Assembly (NCBI GenBank): GCA_963514005.1
Contig: OY740805.1
Coordinates: 38,936,001-39,000,000, forward strand
Source: Raja brachyura
Lineage: Eukaryota
Direction of reading: 5' to 3'
Length of the DNA stretch: 64,000 nucleotides
Under the pieces are notes generated by a model, which was not told where the DNA came from, searched no databases, and saw only the letters and a program-made list of their open reading frames with translations. The translations under genes and the position numbers were made by a program. Below, one piece after another: positions 38,694 to 51,452 of the stretch (its first letter is position 1; each line of letters begins with the position of its first letter).

Positions 38694-39100
38694 CTGGAAT
38701 TAAAAACACCCCCATGTTAACGCATCCGCCATTTTAGTAGTGTCGGAAGGAAGGGTCAAAGTTAGACTGCAGCTCACCCAGATCACTACGCCACTGCTGT
38801 CCCAGAATTTGTCAACACTGCCTCACTGCTGAGAAACGTAGAAACATAGAACATAGGTGCAGGAGGTGGCCATTCGGCCCTTCATTCCAGCACCGCCATT
38901 CATTGTGATCATGGCTGATCATCCACAATCAATAACCCGTGCCTGCCTTCTCTCCATACCCCCTGATCCCCTTTAGCCACAAGGGCCACATCTAACTCCC
39001 TCTTAAATATAGCCAATGAACTGGCCTCAACTACCCTCTGTGGCAGAGAGTTCCAGAGACCCACCACTCTCTGTGTGAAAAAAGTCCTTCTCATCTGGTA

Positions 39101-40402
39101 GGTATGTTACAAAACGTACCTTTAGCGGTGCTGCAGTTCTGCCGCTGGCCGTCTCGTGCGCGACTTTGGCGCCTTTAAGGGGGGGGGGGGGGGCGGGGTT
39201 AAAATGCGGGTTTCTCCATGCAATCCGGAGCTTTCTGTTGTCGGAGTGCGATCTATTTCTGGAGATGCGTTCCGACTGCCGGTAAGTCCGTTTTTTTAAA
39301 TAAATCGTCCGACTATATCTGCGCTGCAGTAAAATAAAAATTAGCTCCCAATGCCGTGAACGCCGACAACGGGACGGATTTTACGTAGGGGAACAGGTAA
39401 GTGAAAGCTGTTTATTTTTACATATAAACTTGCTTTTTTAGGGGACTTTAATCAATATTTCATGTTGCGAAACGGTGATTTAGTCCCCATACGAACCGGC
39501 AGATTTTTCCTGCCGATATGGGGTTTAAATTCACCGCAACCGCAACGTTCCAATACAGCGCGTTCCAGAAAATCCCACTCGCAAGCTGTTTAAAATGCCC
39601 ATTAATTTACAGGCATTAAACACTGAATTCCTTCAATTTGGCCTACAAATTAATGACAAATAGATTTAAAAATCATGTTATATTGTGAATTATTGTGTGA
39701 CTGTTAATTGGACACTTAGGCTTTACATTTTGTTTTTAATTTTTTCTATTAAATGGATAGATGTTTAGATCTAGTAATTGAATTTTGTAATTGGCTACAA
39801 TTGGGTAACTAACTAATTATATGCTTTAATTTCAGGTCATCCAAGTCTGATTGTTTCATATTTGTTTCAGAATGCTTCAATCTATAATAACTGAAAATTT
39901 CATTGAGTTCTCTTAATTTTTAAGGAAGTTATGGGCTTTTGACTGTTCTAGATCACAGCTTTTGAGTTAAGTCAATGGAAAGGCAATGGGGAACAAGATG
40001 CTAATTTCCGAGTATGAAAATGGTCATAACTTTCTTAATACTGAAGATATGAAAGTGAATTAGGTGTCAAATTAAACTTCTTTTTATGTTTTATCTGATG
40101 GGATAAATTGCAGACTTGATTTTTAAAATCTCAACATGTTGTAACCTTGCTACATTAGGAGCTAATTTAAATTTTACTGCAGTGATGAAATAGTCGGACG
40201 ATTTATTTAAAAAAACGGACTTACTGGCAGTGGGAACGCATCTCCAGAAATAGCTCGCACCCCGACAACATAAAGCTCCGGATTGCAAGGGAAAAACCGC
40301 ATTTCATCCCCGCCCCCCCCCCCCCCCTTAAAGGCGCCAAAGTCGTGCACACGGCCAGCGGCAGAACTCCAGCACCGCTAAAGGTACCTTTTGTAACATA
40401 CC
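39101..40402. mobile_element. Non-autonomous DNA transposon, TA-flanked, with ~230-bp inverted ends
   Basis: TA|GGTATGTTACAAAA ... TTTTGTAACATACC|TA; 39101-39330 is inverted relative to 40175-40402. Confidence 0.75.
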
Positions 40403-41165
40403 TATATATAGCTGAGACCATATGCATTGTGCGAGTTCCCGTGTGTTAAACGGCAAGTCCCACTTTCACGACTTAATTCAAAACTTCTGCCGAGTTTAAA
40501 GGGCCCCCCCCCCCACAAAAAAAAAATCAAGATCGTGGCAATCTACGAACTCCCACGACCTTCCACCATTATGTTCAAGAACTCCTACGAATATGTCTAC
40601 GAATTCCCACGTCGATTTTGATGCCCTCCTTACGGGAAAACAAGTTGCCATGTACTTCATCCCGACCATTTTTTCCAACTAGCGGACATTTTTTTAGCGG
40701 GCTGGGAAAACAACTTGGATAGTCCCTGAGTTGGATAGAGCTCTAGGGGCTGGTGGAGTCAAGGGATGTGGGGAGAAGGCAGGCACGGGTTATTGATAGG
40801 GGACGATCAGCCATGATCACAATGAATGGTGGTGCTGGCTCGAAGGGCCGAATGGCCTCCTCCTGCACCTATTTTCTATATTTCTATGTTTCTATGTTCT
40901 ATGCAGATGAATGGTAGACTATAGACTTTAGACAATGGGTGCAGGAGTAGGGGGGTTACCAATGCCTTGTACAATTTTAACATTACATCCCAGCTTCTAT
41001 ACTCAATGCTCTGATTTATAAAGGCTAGCATACCAAAAGCTTTCTTTACCACCCTATCTATATGAGATTCCATCTTCAAGGAACTATGCACGGTTATTCC
41101 CAGATCCCTCTGTTCAAATGTAGTCTTCAATTCCCTACCATTTACCAGCTTGCCCAGTCCTTTGA

Positions 41166-41782
41166 GGGTACACAAAAAGCTGGAGAAACTCAGCGGGTGC
41201 AGCAGCATCTAAGGAGCGAAGGAGATAGGCGACGTTTCGGGTCGAGACCCTTCTTCAGACTGGTCAGGGATCAGGGAAACGAGAGATATAGATGGTGATG
41301 TGGAGAGATAAGGGACAATGAGTGAAAGATATGCAAAAAAGTATCGATGATAAAGGGAACAGGCCGTTGTAAGCTGTTTGTGGTGTGAAAATGAGACTTG
41401 GGTGGGGGAGAGATAGAGAGAGAGGGAATGCCAGGGCCCGAGGGCTGAGGGAGAGGTGGGAAGGGGAGGAGGCAGCCAGGGTTAACAGAATTGAGAAAAT
41501 TCAATGTTCAAGCCCAGAGGATGCAGACTCCCCAAGCGGAATATGAGGTGCTGTTCCTCCAACTTGCGGTGTTGCTCACTCTGGCCGTGGAGAAGGCCCA
41601 GGACCGAGAGGTCGGATACGGAATGGGAGGGGGAGTTGAAGTGCTGAGCCACCGGGAGGTCGGGTTGGTTATTGCGGACCGAGCGGAGGTGTTCGGCGAA
41701 ACGATCGCCCAGCCTCCGCTTGGTCTCACCGATGTAGATCAGCTGGCATCTGGAGCAGCGGATGCAGTAGATGAGATTGGAG
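41166..41782 (-). mobile_element. Penelope-like element 3' fragment with hammerhead motif (41231-41258)
   Basis: NLIYCIRCSRCQLIYIGETKRRL GIY-YIG; close homolog of 37597-38320; a third copy lies at ~45657-46062. Confidence 0.85.
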
Positions 41783-42384
41783 GAGTCCTTTTCAGAATGG
41801 CAGGCAGTGACTAGTGGGGTGCCGCAAGGCTCAGTGCTGGGACCCCAGCTATTTACAATATATATTAATGATTTGGACGAGGGAATTGAATGCAACATCT
41901 CCAAATTTGCAGATGACACCAAGCTGGGGGGTATAGTTAGGTGTGAGGAGGATGCTTGGAGGCTGCAGGGTGATTTGGATAGGCTGAGTGAATGGGCAGA
42001 TGCATGGCAGATGCAGTATAATGTGGATAAATGTGAGGTTATGTGAAACGATCGCCCCGCCCAGGAACAAGATGCTAATTTCCGAGTATGAAACTGGTCA
42101 TAACTTTCTTAATACTGAAGATATGAAAGTGAATTAGGTGTCAAATTAAACCTCTTTTTATGCTTTATCTGATGGGATAAATTGCAGACTTGATTTTTAA
42201 AATCTCAACATGTGGTAACATTGCTACGTATCTTGCCGTGAACGTGGCCCTGTTTTAATGATAAGGAGCACACACGATGTTACACTTGCTATTTAATCAT
42301 TGGTTTTCTTCCTCTCACTCTGGCAGTGTTCCCACCTCCCCCTCAGCCCGCTAAAGGTAGGTTTTGTAACACAGCTATAAAAAG

Positions 42385-43417
42385 TAGCAATGTTACAAAA
42401 TGTTGAGATTTTAAAAATCAAGTCTGCAATTTATCCCATCAGATAAAGCATAAAAAGAGGTTTAATTTGACACCTAATTCACTTTCATATCTTCAGTATT
42501 AAGAAAGTTATGACCATTTTCATACTCGGAAATGAGCATCTTGTTCCCCATTGCTTTTCCATTGACTTAACTCAAAAGCTGTGATCTGGAAAAGTTAAAA
42601 GCCCATAACTTTCTTAAAAATTAAGAGAACTCAATGAAATTTTCAGTCATTATAGATTGAAGCATTCTGAAACAAATATGAAACAATCTTACTTGGATGA
42701 CCTGAAATTAAAGCATATAATTAGTTAGTTATCTAATTGTAGCTAATTACAAAATTCAATGAGTAGATCTAAACATCTATCCATTTCTTAAGAAAAGATG
42801 AACTTTTTTAAATTGCCTAAGTGTCCAAATAACATTCACACAATAATCCACAATATAACATCATTTTTAAATCTAATTTTCATGAATTTCTGGGCCAAAT
42901 GGAAGGAATTTAGTGTTTGATTCCTGTAAATTAATGGCCATTTAAATCAACTAGCGAGTGGGTTTTAGTGGAATGCGGTGGATTGGAACGTTGCGGTTTG
43001 CGGTGAAGTCGGGAGGAAAAATACTGTTGGTTCATACATTTTTTTGGACCCCATTTCGCAACATGAAAATATTATTAAAGCCTCCCGAAAAAACAACTTT
43101 TAATATAAAAATAAACTATTTACCTTTTTTTCTCCCCTACGCAAAATCCTTCCCGTTGTCGGCGCTCACGGCTTTTGAAGATGATTTTTAAATTACTCTA
43201 GTTAATAAATAATTTAGCGTAATTTAAAAATACCTTCATGAATGAAATGTCGGAGCGATTTTTCTTCCGCAACGAAATCGCCCGACATGGATCGATTTTC
43301 CCTGCCTGTGGAAAAACGGCACTTTAAGCCCGCCCCCCACTGAAAGGCGCCAAAGTCGCGCACACGGGGAGCGGCAGAACTGCAGCGCTGCTCAAGGTAG
43401 GTTTTGTAACATAGCTA
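42385..43417. mobile_element. Non-autonomous DNA transposon (same family as 39101, opposite orientation)
   Basis: Ends TAGCAATGTTACAAAA and TTTTGTAACATAGCTA; body homologous to the reverse complement of 39100-40152. Confidence 0.75.
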
Positions 43418-43459
43418 TAAAAAGGGCCAACAAAGCAACAAGGAGTGGGCGCCACCTAC

Positions 43460-43837
43460 CAGCGTTGACGGTGAGGGTAACGCCACATCCACTCCAGTCG
43501 GTGCTGTAGGGAAAGTAGGTGTTGGAGCTCCCGCAGTAGTACCTGGCCGAGTCCTCTCGCTGCAGGTCACGAATGGTGAGGGAGAACCGCTTGCTGGTCC
43601 AGTCCTTGGAGCCGCTGAACCGGTCGGTGCCCGGCACCGAGTAGAGGGACCCCGCTGCTCCCGGCGTCCAGTACAGGATCCAGGAGATGAGCTGGTCGGT
43701 GGGCTTGGCCGAGCCCCAGATGAAGAAGTGGTTGTCCAGGTTCCTGGACGTGAAGCAGTCCAGCGTCACCGTCTCGTTCTCGCGCCGGGTCATGGAGATG
43801 GGGGAGATGTACAGCGTGTCGTCAGCCCGTACGAGGC
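43460..43837 (-). CDS. Immunoglobulin/TCR-type V-set exon with J segment joined in the germline (VJ exon)
   Basis: CTGCAG|GC..AACGCTG|GTAGGT, 378 bp, phase 1/1; leader part 2 (G)LVRA; VTLDC, FIW, RFSGS, FSLTIRDLQREDSARYYC, CDR3-like GSSNTYFPYSTDWS, J-like GCGVTLTVNA. Confidence 0.92.
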
Positions 43838-43902
43838 CTGCAGTCAAATCAGAATCAGAATCAGAATGCCTTCTATTATCACTATACACATGTACAATGA
43901 GA

Positions 43903-44457
43903 TTAGAAACATAGAAACATAGACAATAGGTGCAGGAGGAGGCCATTCGGCCCTTCGAGCCTGCACCGCCATTCAATATGATCATGGCTGATCATCCAAC
44001 TCAGTATCCCGTACCTGCCTTCTCTCCATACCCTCTGATCCCCTTAGCCACAAGGGCCACATCTAACTCCCTCTTAAATATAGCCAATGAACTGGCCTCA
44101 ACTACCCTCTGTGGCAGAGAGTTCCAGAGACCCACCACTCTGTGTGTGAAAAAATTCCTTCTCATCTCGGTCCTAAAGGATTTCCCCCTTATCCTTAAGC
44201 TGTGACCCCTTGTCCTGGACCTCCCCAACATCGGGAACAATCTTCCTGCATCGAGCCTGTCCAACCCCTTAAGAATTTTGTACGTTTCTATAAGATCCCC
44301 TCTCAATCTCCTAAATTCTAGAGAGTATAAACCGAGTCTATGCAGTCTTTGTTCATAAGACAGTCCTGACATCCCAGGAATCAGTCTGGTGAACCTTCTC
44401 TGCACTCCCTCTATGGCAATAATGTCCTTCCTCAGATTTGGAGACCAGAACTGTACG
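43903..44457 (-). mobile_element. CR1 3' fragment just upstream of the V exon acceptor
   Basis: ORF 44001-44405 encodes the CR1 C-terminus; CTATGTTT tail. Confidence 0.9.
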
Positions 44458-44904
44458 ATTAAATGCTGCTCCTACTCAGAGCAAAACAAAACAAATAAAG
44501 GGGGGGGGGGGGGGGGGGGGATAAGGTGCACAGTTTCTGCAGCGCTATATAGATATCTATAAAAAAGACAATGGATAAATAGGATTCCTATATCCAGGGT
44601 CACACAAAAAGCTGGAGGAACTCAGCGGGTGCAGCAGCATCTAAGGAGCGAAGGAGATAGGCGACGTTTCAGGTCGAGACCCTTCTTCAGACTGGTCAGG
44701 GATCAGGGAAACGAGAGAGTATGGGTTATTGCACATATTGGAAATTACAGTTACAGTACAAATGAGGATAGGAGCAGGGAGGTTCTACTGCAGTTGTGCA
44801 GTGTGACCCCTGGTTCTGGACACCCCCAACATTTTTCCTGCATCTTGCACGTCCAATCCTTTAAGAATTCTATAGGTTTCTATGAGATCCCCTCTCATCC
44901 CCTC

Positions 44905-45550
44905 TCCTTTCATAGCGAAAGGATTTGAGTATAGGAGCAGGGAGGTTCTACTGCAGTTGTACAGGGTCTTGGTGAGGCCACACCTGGAGTATTGCGTACA
45001 GTTCTGGTCTCCAAATCTGAGGAAAGACATCCTTGCCATAGAGGGGGTACAGGGAAGATTCACCAGACTGATTCCTGGGATGTCAGGACTTTCATATGAA
45101 GAAAGACTGGATAGACTCGGCTTGTACTCGCTGGAATTTAGAAGATTGAGGGGGAATCTTATAGAAACTTACAAAATTCTTAAGGGGTTGGACAGGCTAG
45201 ATGCTGGAAGATTGTTCCCGATGTTGGGGGAGACCAGAACAAGGGGTCACAGCTTAAGGATAAGGGGGAAATCCTTTAGGACCGAGATGAGAAGATCTTT
45301 TTTCATACAGAGAGTGGTGAGTCTCTGGAACTCTCTGCCACAGAAGGTCGTTGAGGCCAGTTCATTGGCTATATTTAAGAGGGCGTTAGATGTGGCCACT
45401 TGTGGCTAAAGGGATCAGGGGGTATGGGGAGAAGGCAGGTACGGGATACTGAGTTGGATGATCAGCCATGATCATATTGAATGGCGGTGCAGGCTTGAAG
45501 GGCCGAATGGCCTACTCCTGCACCTATTTTATATGTTTCCATGTTTCTAA
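44905..45550 (+). mobile_element. CR1 3' fragment
   Basis: [22 protein letters not shown] plus tail. Confidence 0.9.
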
Positions 45551-46964
45551 ATTACAGTAGGTAGATAGATGAAAGTCCGGGGGTTAGACTGTGAGTCAGT
45601 GCATGTGTGAGTTCAGGGAGATAATGGATTTTGGAAAGAAACTGCTCTTGAGTCTAGGGTTACACAAAAAGCTGGAGAAACTCAGCGGGTGCAGCAGCAT
45701 CTAAGGAGCGAAGGAGATAGGCGACGTTTCGGGTCGAGACCCTTCTTCAGACTGGTCAGGGATCAGGGAAACGAGAGATATAGACGGTGATGTGGAGAGA
45801 TAAAGAACAATGAATGAAAGATATGCAAAAAAGTATCGATGATAAAGGAAACAGGCCATAGTAAGCTGTTTGTGGTGTGAAAATGAGACTTGGGTGGGGG
45901 AGAGATGGAGAGAGAAGGAATGTCAGGGCCCGAGGGCTGAGGGAGAGGTGGGAAGGGGAGGAGGCAGCAAGGGTTAACAGAATTGAGAAAATTCAATGTT
46001 CAAGCCCAGAGGATGCAGACTCCCCAAGCGGAATATGAGGTGCTGTTCCTCCAACTTGTGGTAGTTCTTGAGTCTATTTGTCCTTGTGCTGATGCACCTA
46101 TAGGGCCTCCCTGAGGGCAGCAGGTTGAACAGGCCAAATGTAGGATGGGAGCTGTCCTTGATAATGTTCTTTGCCCTGGTTCTGGACTCCCCCCAACATG
46201 TTTCCTGCCACTAGCGTGTCCAAACCCTTAACAATCTGAGGCAGAGAGTTTTACCAAAGCCAATTAACCTACAAACCTGTGGAAGAAGGGTCTCGACCCG
46301 AAACGTCGCCTATCTCCTTCGCTCCTTAGATGCTGCTGCACCCGCTGAGTTTCTCCAGCCTTTTGTGTAACCTACAAACCTGTCGGTCTTTGGAGTGTGG
46401 AAGGAAACCGGAGACAACGCAGAGAGACACACATTTAGGGGACAGCAGAGCGAGTTACAAATAGCAGAAGCAGAGATTCTTTTTTTTTTAATTTTTTTTT
46501 ACCAAAAGAAATAAAGGACATAGAAGAGAAGCTGAAAAGATTGAAATAGAGGAGAAAGTGAAGAAAAGGGAGATTAGGAGAGATCTACCTAGTTGGTATT
46601 TTTGCCCATCCGTCACCCGGTTCTAAACCATTTAACCATATAACCATATAACAATTACAGCACGGAAACAGGCCATCTCGGCCCTTCCAGTCCGTGCCGA
46701 ACAACTTTTTTCCCTTAGTCCCACCTGCCTGCGCTCATACCATAACCCTCCATACCCTTCTCATCCATATGCCTATCCAATTTATTTTTAAATGATACCA
46801 ACGGACCTGCTGCCACCACTTCCACTGGAAGCTCATTCCACACCGCTACCACTCTCTGAGTAAAGAAGTTCCCCCTCATGTTACCCTAAACTTCTGTCCC
46901 TTAATTCTAAAGTCATGTCCTCGTGTTTGAATCTTCCCTATTCTCAAAGGGAAAAGCTTGTCCA

Positions 46965-47272
46965 GAAATTTAATTTCTGAGGTTATGTTATGTTGCACCA
47001 TATGCTTGTAAAAAGTTGGTAAAAGTTGGTAAAAGGAGACCAAGTCTTTGAGAATTGGTCTACTTTGCCTAGTAGGAGGAATCTCATTTCTTCAAGATGT
47101 AGCGTTTCAGACGTATTTGACGTCCACATTTTGAATGTTGGCGTAGTTGCGTTTTTCCCATATTTGAGTATAGGTTTTTTTGATGTTATTAGACCGTAAT
47201 TAAGAAAAGCTTCTTGGAATATAGTTAGTTTACTTCCCTCTTCCATTGATCCAAAGATAATCAGTTCTGTAT
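46965..47272 (-). mobile_element. L1-clade ORF2 C-terminal fragment
   Basis: FLNYGLITSKK..PTFKMW..ETLHLEEMRF..WSPF, homologous to 18230-18430. Confidence 0.7.
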
Positions 47273-47364
47273 TGAATCTTCCCTATCCTCAATGGGAAAA
47301 GCGTATCCACGTCAACTCTGTCTATCCCTTTCATCATTTTAAAGACCTCAATCAAGTCCCCCCT

Positions 47365-48474
47365 TTACCATATAACCATATAACTATATAATAATTACAG
47401 CACGGAAACAGGCCTTCTCGGCCCTTCCAGTCCGTGCCGACCATTTATTTTCCCCTAGTCCCATCTACCTGCACTCAGACCATACCCCTCCATTCCCTTC
47501 CCGTCCATATACCTATCCACTTTACTTTTAAATGTTAAAATCGATCCTGCCTCCACCACTTCTGCTGGAAGCTCATTCCACTCAGCCACCACTCTCTGAG
47601 TAAAGAAGTTCTCCCTCATGTTACCCCTAAACTTCTGTCCCTTAATTCTCATGTCATGCCCTCTTGTTTGAATCTTCCCTACCCTCAATGGGAAAAGCTT
47701 ATCCACGTCAACTCTGTCTATCCCTTTCATCATTTTAAAGACCTCAATCAAGTCCCCCCTTAACCTTCTGCGCTCCAAAGAATAAAGACCCAACTTGTTC
47801 AACCTTTCTTTGTAACTTAGTTGCTGGAACCCAGGCAACATTCTAGTAAATCTCCTCTGTACTCTCTCTATTTTGTTGACATCATTCCTATAATTAGGCG
47901 ACCAAAATTGTACACCATACTCCAGAATTGGTCTCACCAATGCCTTGTACAATTTTAACATTACTTCCCTACTCCTATATTCAATGCTCTGATTTATAAA
48001 GGCCAGCACACCAAAAGCTTTCTTTACCACCCTATCTACATGCGATTCCACCTTCAGGGAACTATGCACAGTTATTCCTTGATCCCTCTGTTCCACAGCA
48101 TTCCTCAATTCCCTACCATTTACCATGTACGTCCTATTTTGATTTGTCCTGCCAAGATGTAGCACCTCACACTTATCAGCATTAAACTCCATCTGCCATC
48201 TTTCAGCCCACTCTTCCAAATGGCCCAAATCTCTCTGTAGACTTTGAAAATCTACTTCATTATCCACAGCACCACCTATCTTAGTATCATCTGCATACTT
48301 ACTTATCCAATTTTCCACCCCATCATCTAGATCATTGATGTACATGACAAACAACAGTGGACCCAACACAGATCCCTGAGGCACCCCACTGGTCACCGGC
48401 TTCCACCCTGACAAACAGCCATCCACCATTACTCTCTGGCATCTCCCATTCAGCCACTGTTGAATCCATCTTGC
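47365..48474 (-). mobile_element. CR1 RT + 3' end with an open 324-aa frame
   Basis: [17 protein letters not shown]; (TATGGTTA)n-type tail; near-identical copy at 52843-53553. Confidence 0.95.
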
Positions 48475-49214
48475 CGAGTTCTCCCCGAGTTTGCCCTGAT
48501 TCGAACTCGGAGATTTACGGCAATGGCCGCTTGTCGGTACTCAGGACTCTCGTGGACATTTTTCAACATGTTGAAATTTTTTCGGGAATCTTCTTGTGCT
48601 TACCTGCCGTTAGCGAGTATTCCCGAGTACCTGCTCTTAGCGTTGCGAGCCGCTAAGATCACATTGAATGGCGGTGCAGGCTCGAAGGGCCGAATGGCCT
48701 CCTCCTGCACCTATTGTCTATGTTTCTATGTTTCTTTGTAAGATAAGGCGGTGACGAAGATTGTTGGCATGCTGGCCTTCTTCAGTCAGGATAATAGAGG
48801 ATTAAGCTGGGACGTTATGTTACAGCGTACAACATGACTGACGGTGTGCATTTGGAATATCATGTTCAGTTTTAGCCACGCAGCTCCACGAAAAGATGAC
48901 ATGAAGCTGGAAAGGGCGCAGTGAAGATTTACAAAGGCATTGGCTGGACGTGAAGACCGTCGGGAGATGTTTCACCAGTTAGTACATTACTGCATGAGGA
49001 TGAGGGGTGATCTCATAGAGACCTATAAAATGACGAGCGGAATTGATAGGATAGATAACAGACAATAGACAATAGGTGCAGGAGTAGACCATTCGGTCCT
49101 TCGAGCCAGCACCGCCATTCAATGTGATCATGGCTGGTCATCCCCAATCAGTACCCCGTAACTGCCTTCTCCCCATATCCCCTGACTCCACTATCTTTAA
49201 GAGCCCTATCTTAA

Positions 49215-49795
49215 GGCCCTGTCCCACCAGCATGCAACTCTATGCGATGAGCGCGACCTAACGTGGTCGCTTGAGCCGTCCGGCGTCGCGGGGCCGGTCC
49301 CACTTCGATCGCCGGAGCCGTGCAGAATTGTGCGGAGTTCGTCCCGACATCGCGCGGGGCTCCGAAAAACTGACCATGTTCAAAAATTCCGCGCGGCAAC
49401 GGCTTGTCGGCTCGCAGTCGCCTCGACGCATTACACACCGCCTCGACGTCGTGCCTCCGTGACCCTCTCTGTAGGTGCCTCCGTGACCCTCTATGTGTGT
49501 GGCTCCGTGGCCCTCTGTGTGTGTGTGTGCCTCTGTGCCCCTCTCTGTGTGCCCCTCTCTGTCCTGGCGAACTTACCTTTAAGACTTCGCTCCAAGTTCG
49601 CCTCACTTTGCGCCGCGTTGCGCCACTCACCCGACCTCCGCGCGGCCCTCGTTGCCGGTTTGGTCGCGCTTGCCGCATGCAGGCGCATGCAGGTGGGAAC
49701 GGCCCTGTACAGGGGATCACCCGACCTCCGCGCGGCCCCCACTTCTAGTTTGATCGCGCTCATCGCATGGAGTCGGATGCTGGTAGGACAGGCCC
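49215..49795. mobile_element. MITE (Harbinger- or Kolobok-like) inserted in a CR1 3' end
   Basis: TTAA|GGCCCTGTCCCACCAGCAT ... ATGCTGGTAGGACAGGCCC|TTAA; a second copy at ~50924-52300 is split by a CR1. Confidence 0.7.
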
Positions 49796-49799
49796 TTAA

Positions 49800-50710
49800 C
49801 TCTCCATTGAAGGTATCCAGAGAACCAGCCTCCACCGCCCCCTGAGGCAGAGAATTCCACAGACTCACCACTCTCTGTGAGAAAAAATGTTTCCTTGTCT
49901 CCGTTATAAATGGCTTACCCCTTATTCTTAAACTGTGGCCCCGGTTCTGAACTTCCCCCAACATCGGGAACATGTTTCCTGTCTCTAGCCTGACCAAGCC
50001 CTTAACAATCTTATATGCATCAATAAGATCCCCTCCCATTCTTCTAAACTCCAGAGTGTACAAGCCCAGCCGCTCCATTCTCTCAGCATATGACAGTCCC
50101 ACCATCCCAGGGATTAACCTTGTTAACCTACACTGCACTCCCTCAAAGGCAAGAATGTCCTTCCTCAAATTAGGGGACCAAAACTGCACACAATACTCCA
50201 GGTGTGGCCTCACTAGGGCCCTGTACAACTGCAGAAGGACCTCTTGGCTCCTATACTCAACTCCTCTTGTTATGAAGGCCAACAGGCCAAAACTGCACAC
50301 TATACTCCAGGTGTGGCCTCACTACGGCCCTGTACAACTGCAGAAGGACCTCTTGGCTCCTATACTCAACTCCTCTTGTTATAAAGACCAACATGCCATT
50401 GGCTTTCATCACTGCCTGCTGTACCCGCATGCTTACTTTCATAGACTGATGAACAAGGATCCCCAGATCCCGTTGTACTTCCCCTTTTCCCAACTTGACG
50501 CCATTTAGATAGTAATCTGCCTTCCTGTTTTTGCTACCAAAGTGGACAACCTCACATTTATCCACATTAAACTGCATCTGCCATGCATCTGCCCACTCCC
50601 CCAACCAGTCCAAGTCACCCTGCATTCTCATAGCATCCTCCTCACAGTTCACACTGCCACCCAGCTTTGTGTCATCTGCTAATTTGCTAATGTTGCTTTG
50701 AATCCCTTCA
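49800..50710 (-). mobile_element. CR1 fragment with internal duplication
   Basis: KLADDTK and RPHLEY motifs; the [13 protein letters not shown] block occurs twice. Confidence 0.9.
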
Positions 50711-51452
50711 CCCAAAGTCTGTTACACGGGGTAGAGGAATCAAGAACCAGAGCGACATTGGTTGGAGATGAGAGGAGAAATATTTAATAGGAACCAGAGG
50801 GCAGCTCTTCATCTCAAGGATCGGTGGGCATATGGAAAGAGCTGCCAGAGGAGGTTGTTGAGACAGGTACAATCGCAATATTAAAAATATTTTTGGACAT
50901 GTATATGGATAGGAAAAGCTTAAGGGCCTCCTCGTCCCACCAGCGTGCGACTCCGTGCGGTGAGCGCGACCCAACGTGGTCGCTTGAGCCGTCCGGCGTC
51001 GCGGGGCCGGTCCCGCTTCGATCGCCGGAATTGTGCGGAGTTCGTCCCGACATCGCGCGGGGCTCCGAGAAACTGACCGTGTTCGAAAATTCCGCGCGGC
51101 AACGGCTTGTCGGCTCGCAGTCGCCTCGACGCATTACACACCGCCTCGACGTCGTGCCTCCGTGACCCTCTGTGTGTGTGTGCCTCCGTGACCCTCTATG
51201 TGTGTGCCTCCGTGACCCTCTGTGTGTGTGCCTCTGTGCCCCTCTCTGTGTGCCCCTCTCTGTCCTGGCGAACTTACCTTTAAGACTTCGCGCCAAGTTC
51301 GCCTCACTTTGCGCCGCGTTGTGCCACTCACCCAACCGCCGCGTGGCCCTCGCTGCCGGTTTGGTCGCGCTTGCCGCATGAAGGCGCATGCTGGTGGGAA
51401 CGGCCCTGTACAGGGGATCACCCGACCTCCGCGCGGCCCCCGCTTCTAGTTT

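Noticed and set aside
38694-43459. RSS-flanked D or J segments between V and C
   Set aside because: No heptamer-spacer-nonamer or J-like segment seen by eye; the interval is almost all transposon-derived
43838-43985. N-terminal part of the 197-aa V-containing ORF as a signal peptide
   Set aside because: Derived from a CR1 tail and (TTCTGA)n; the real acceptor is at 43838 and no leader exon could be identified in the window
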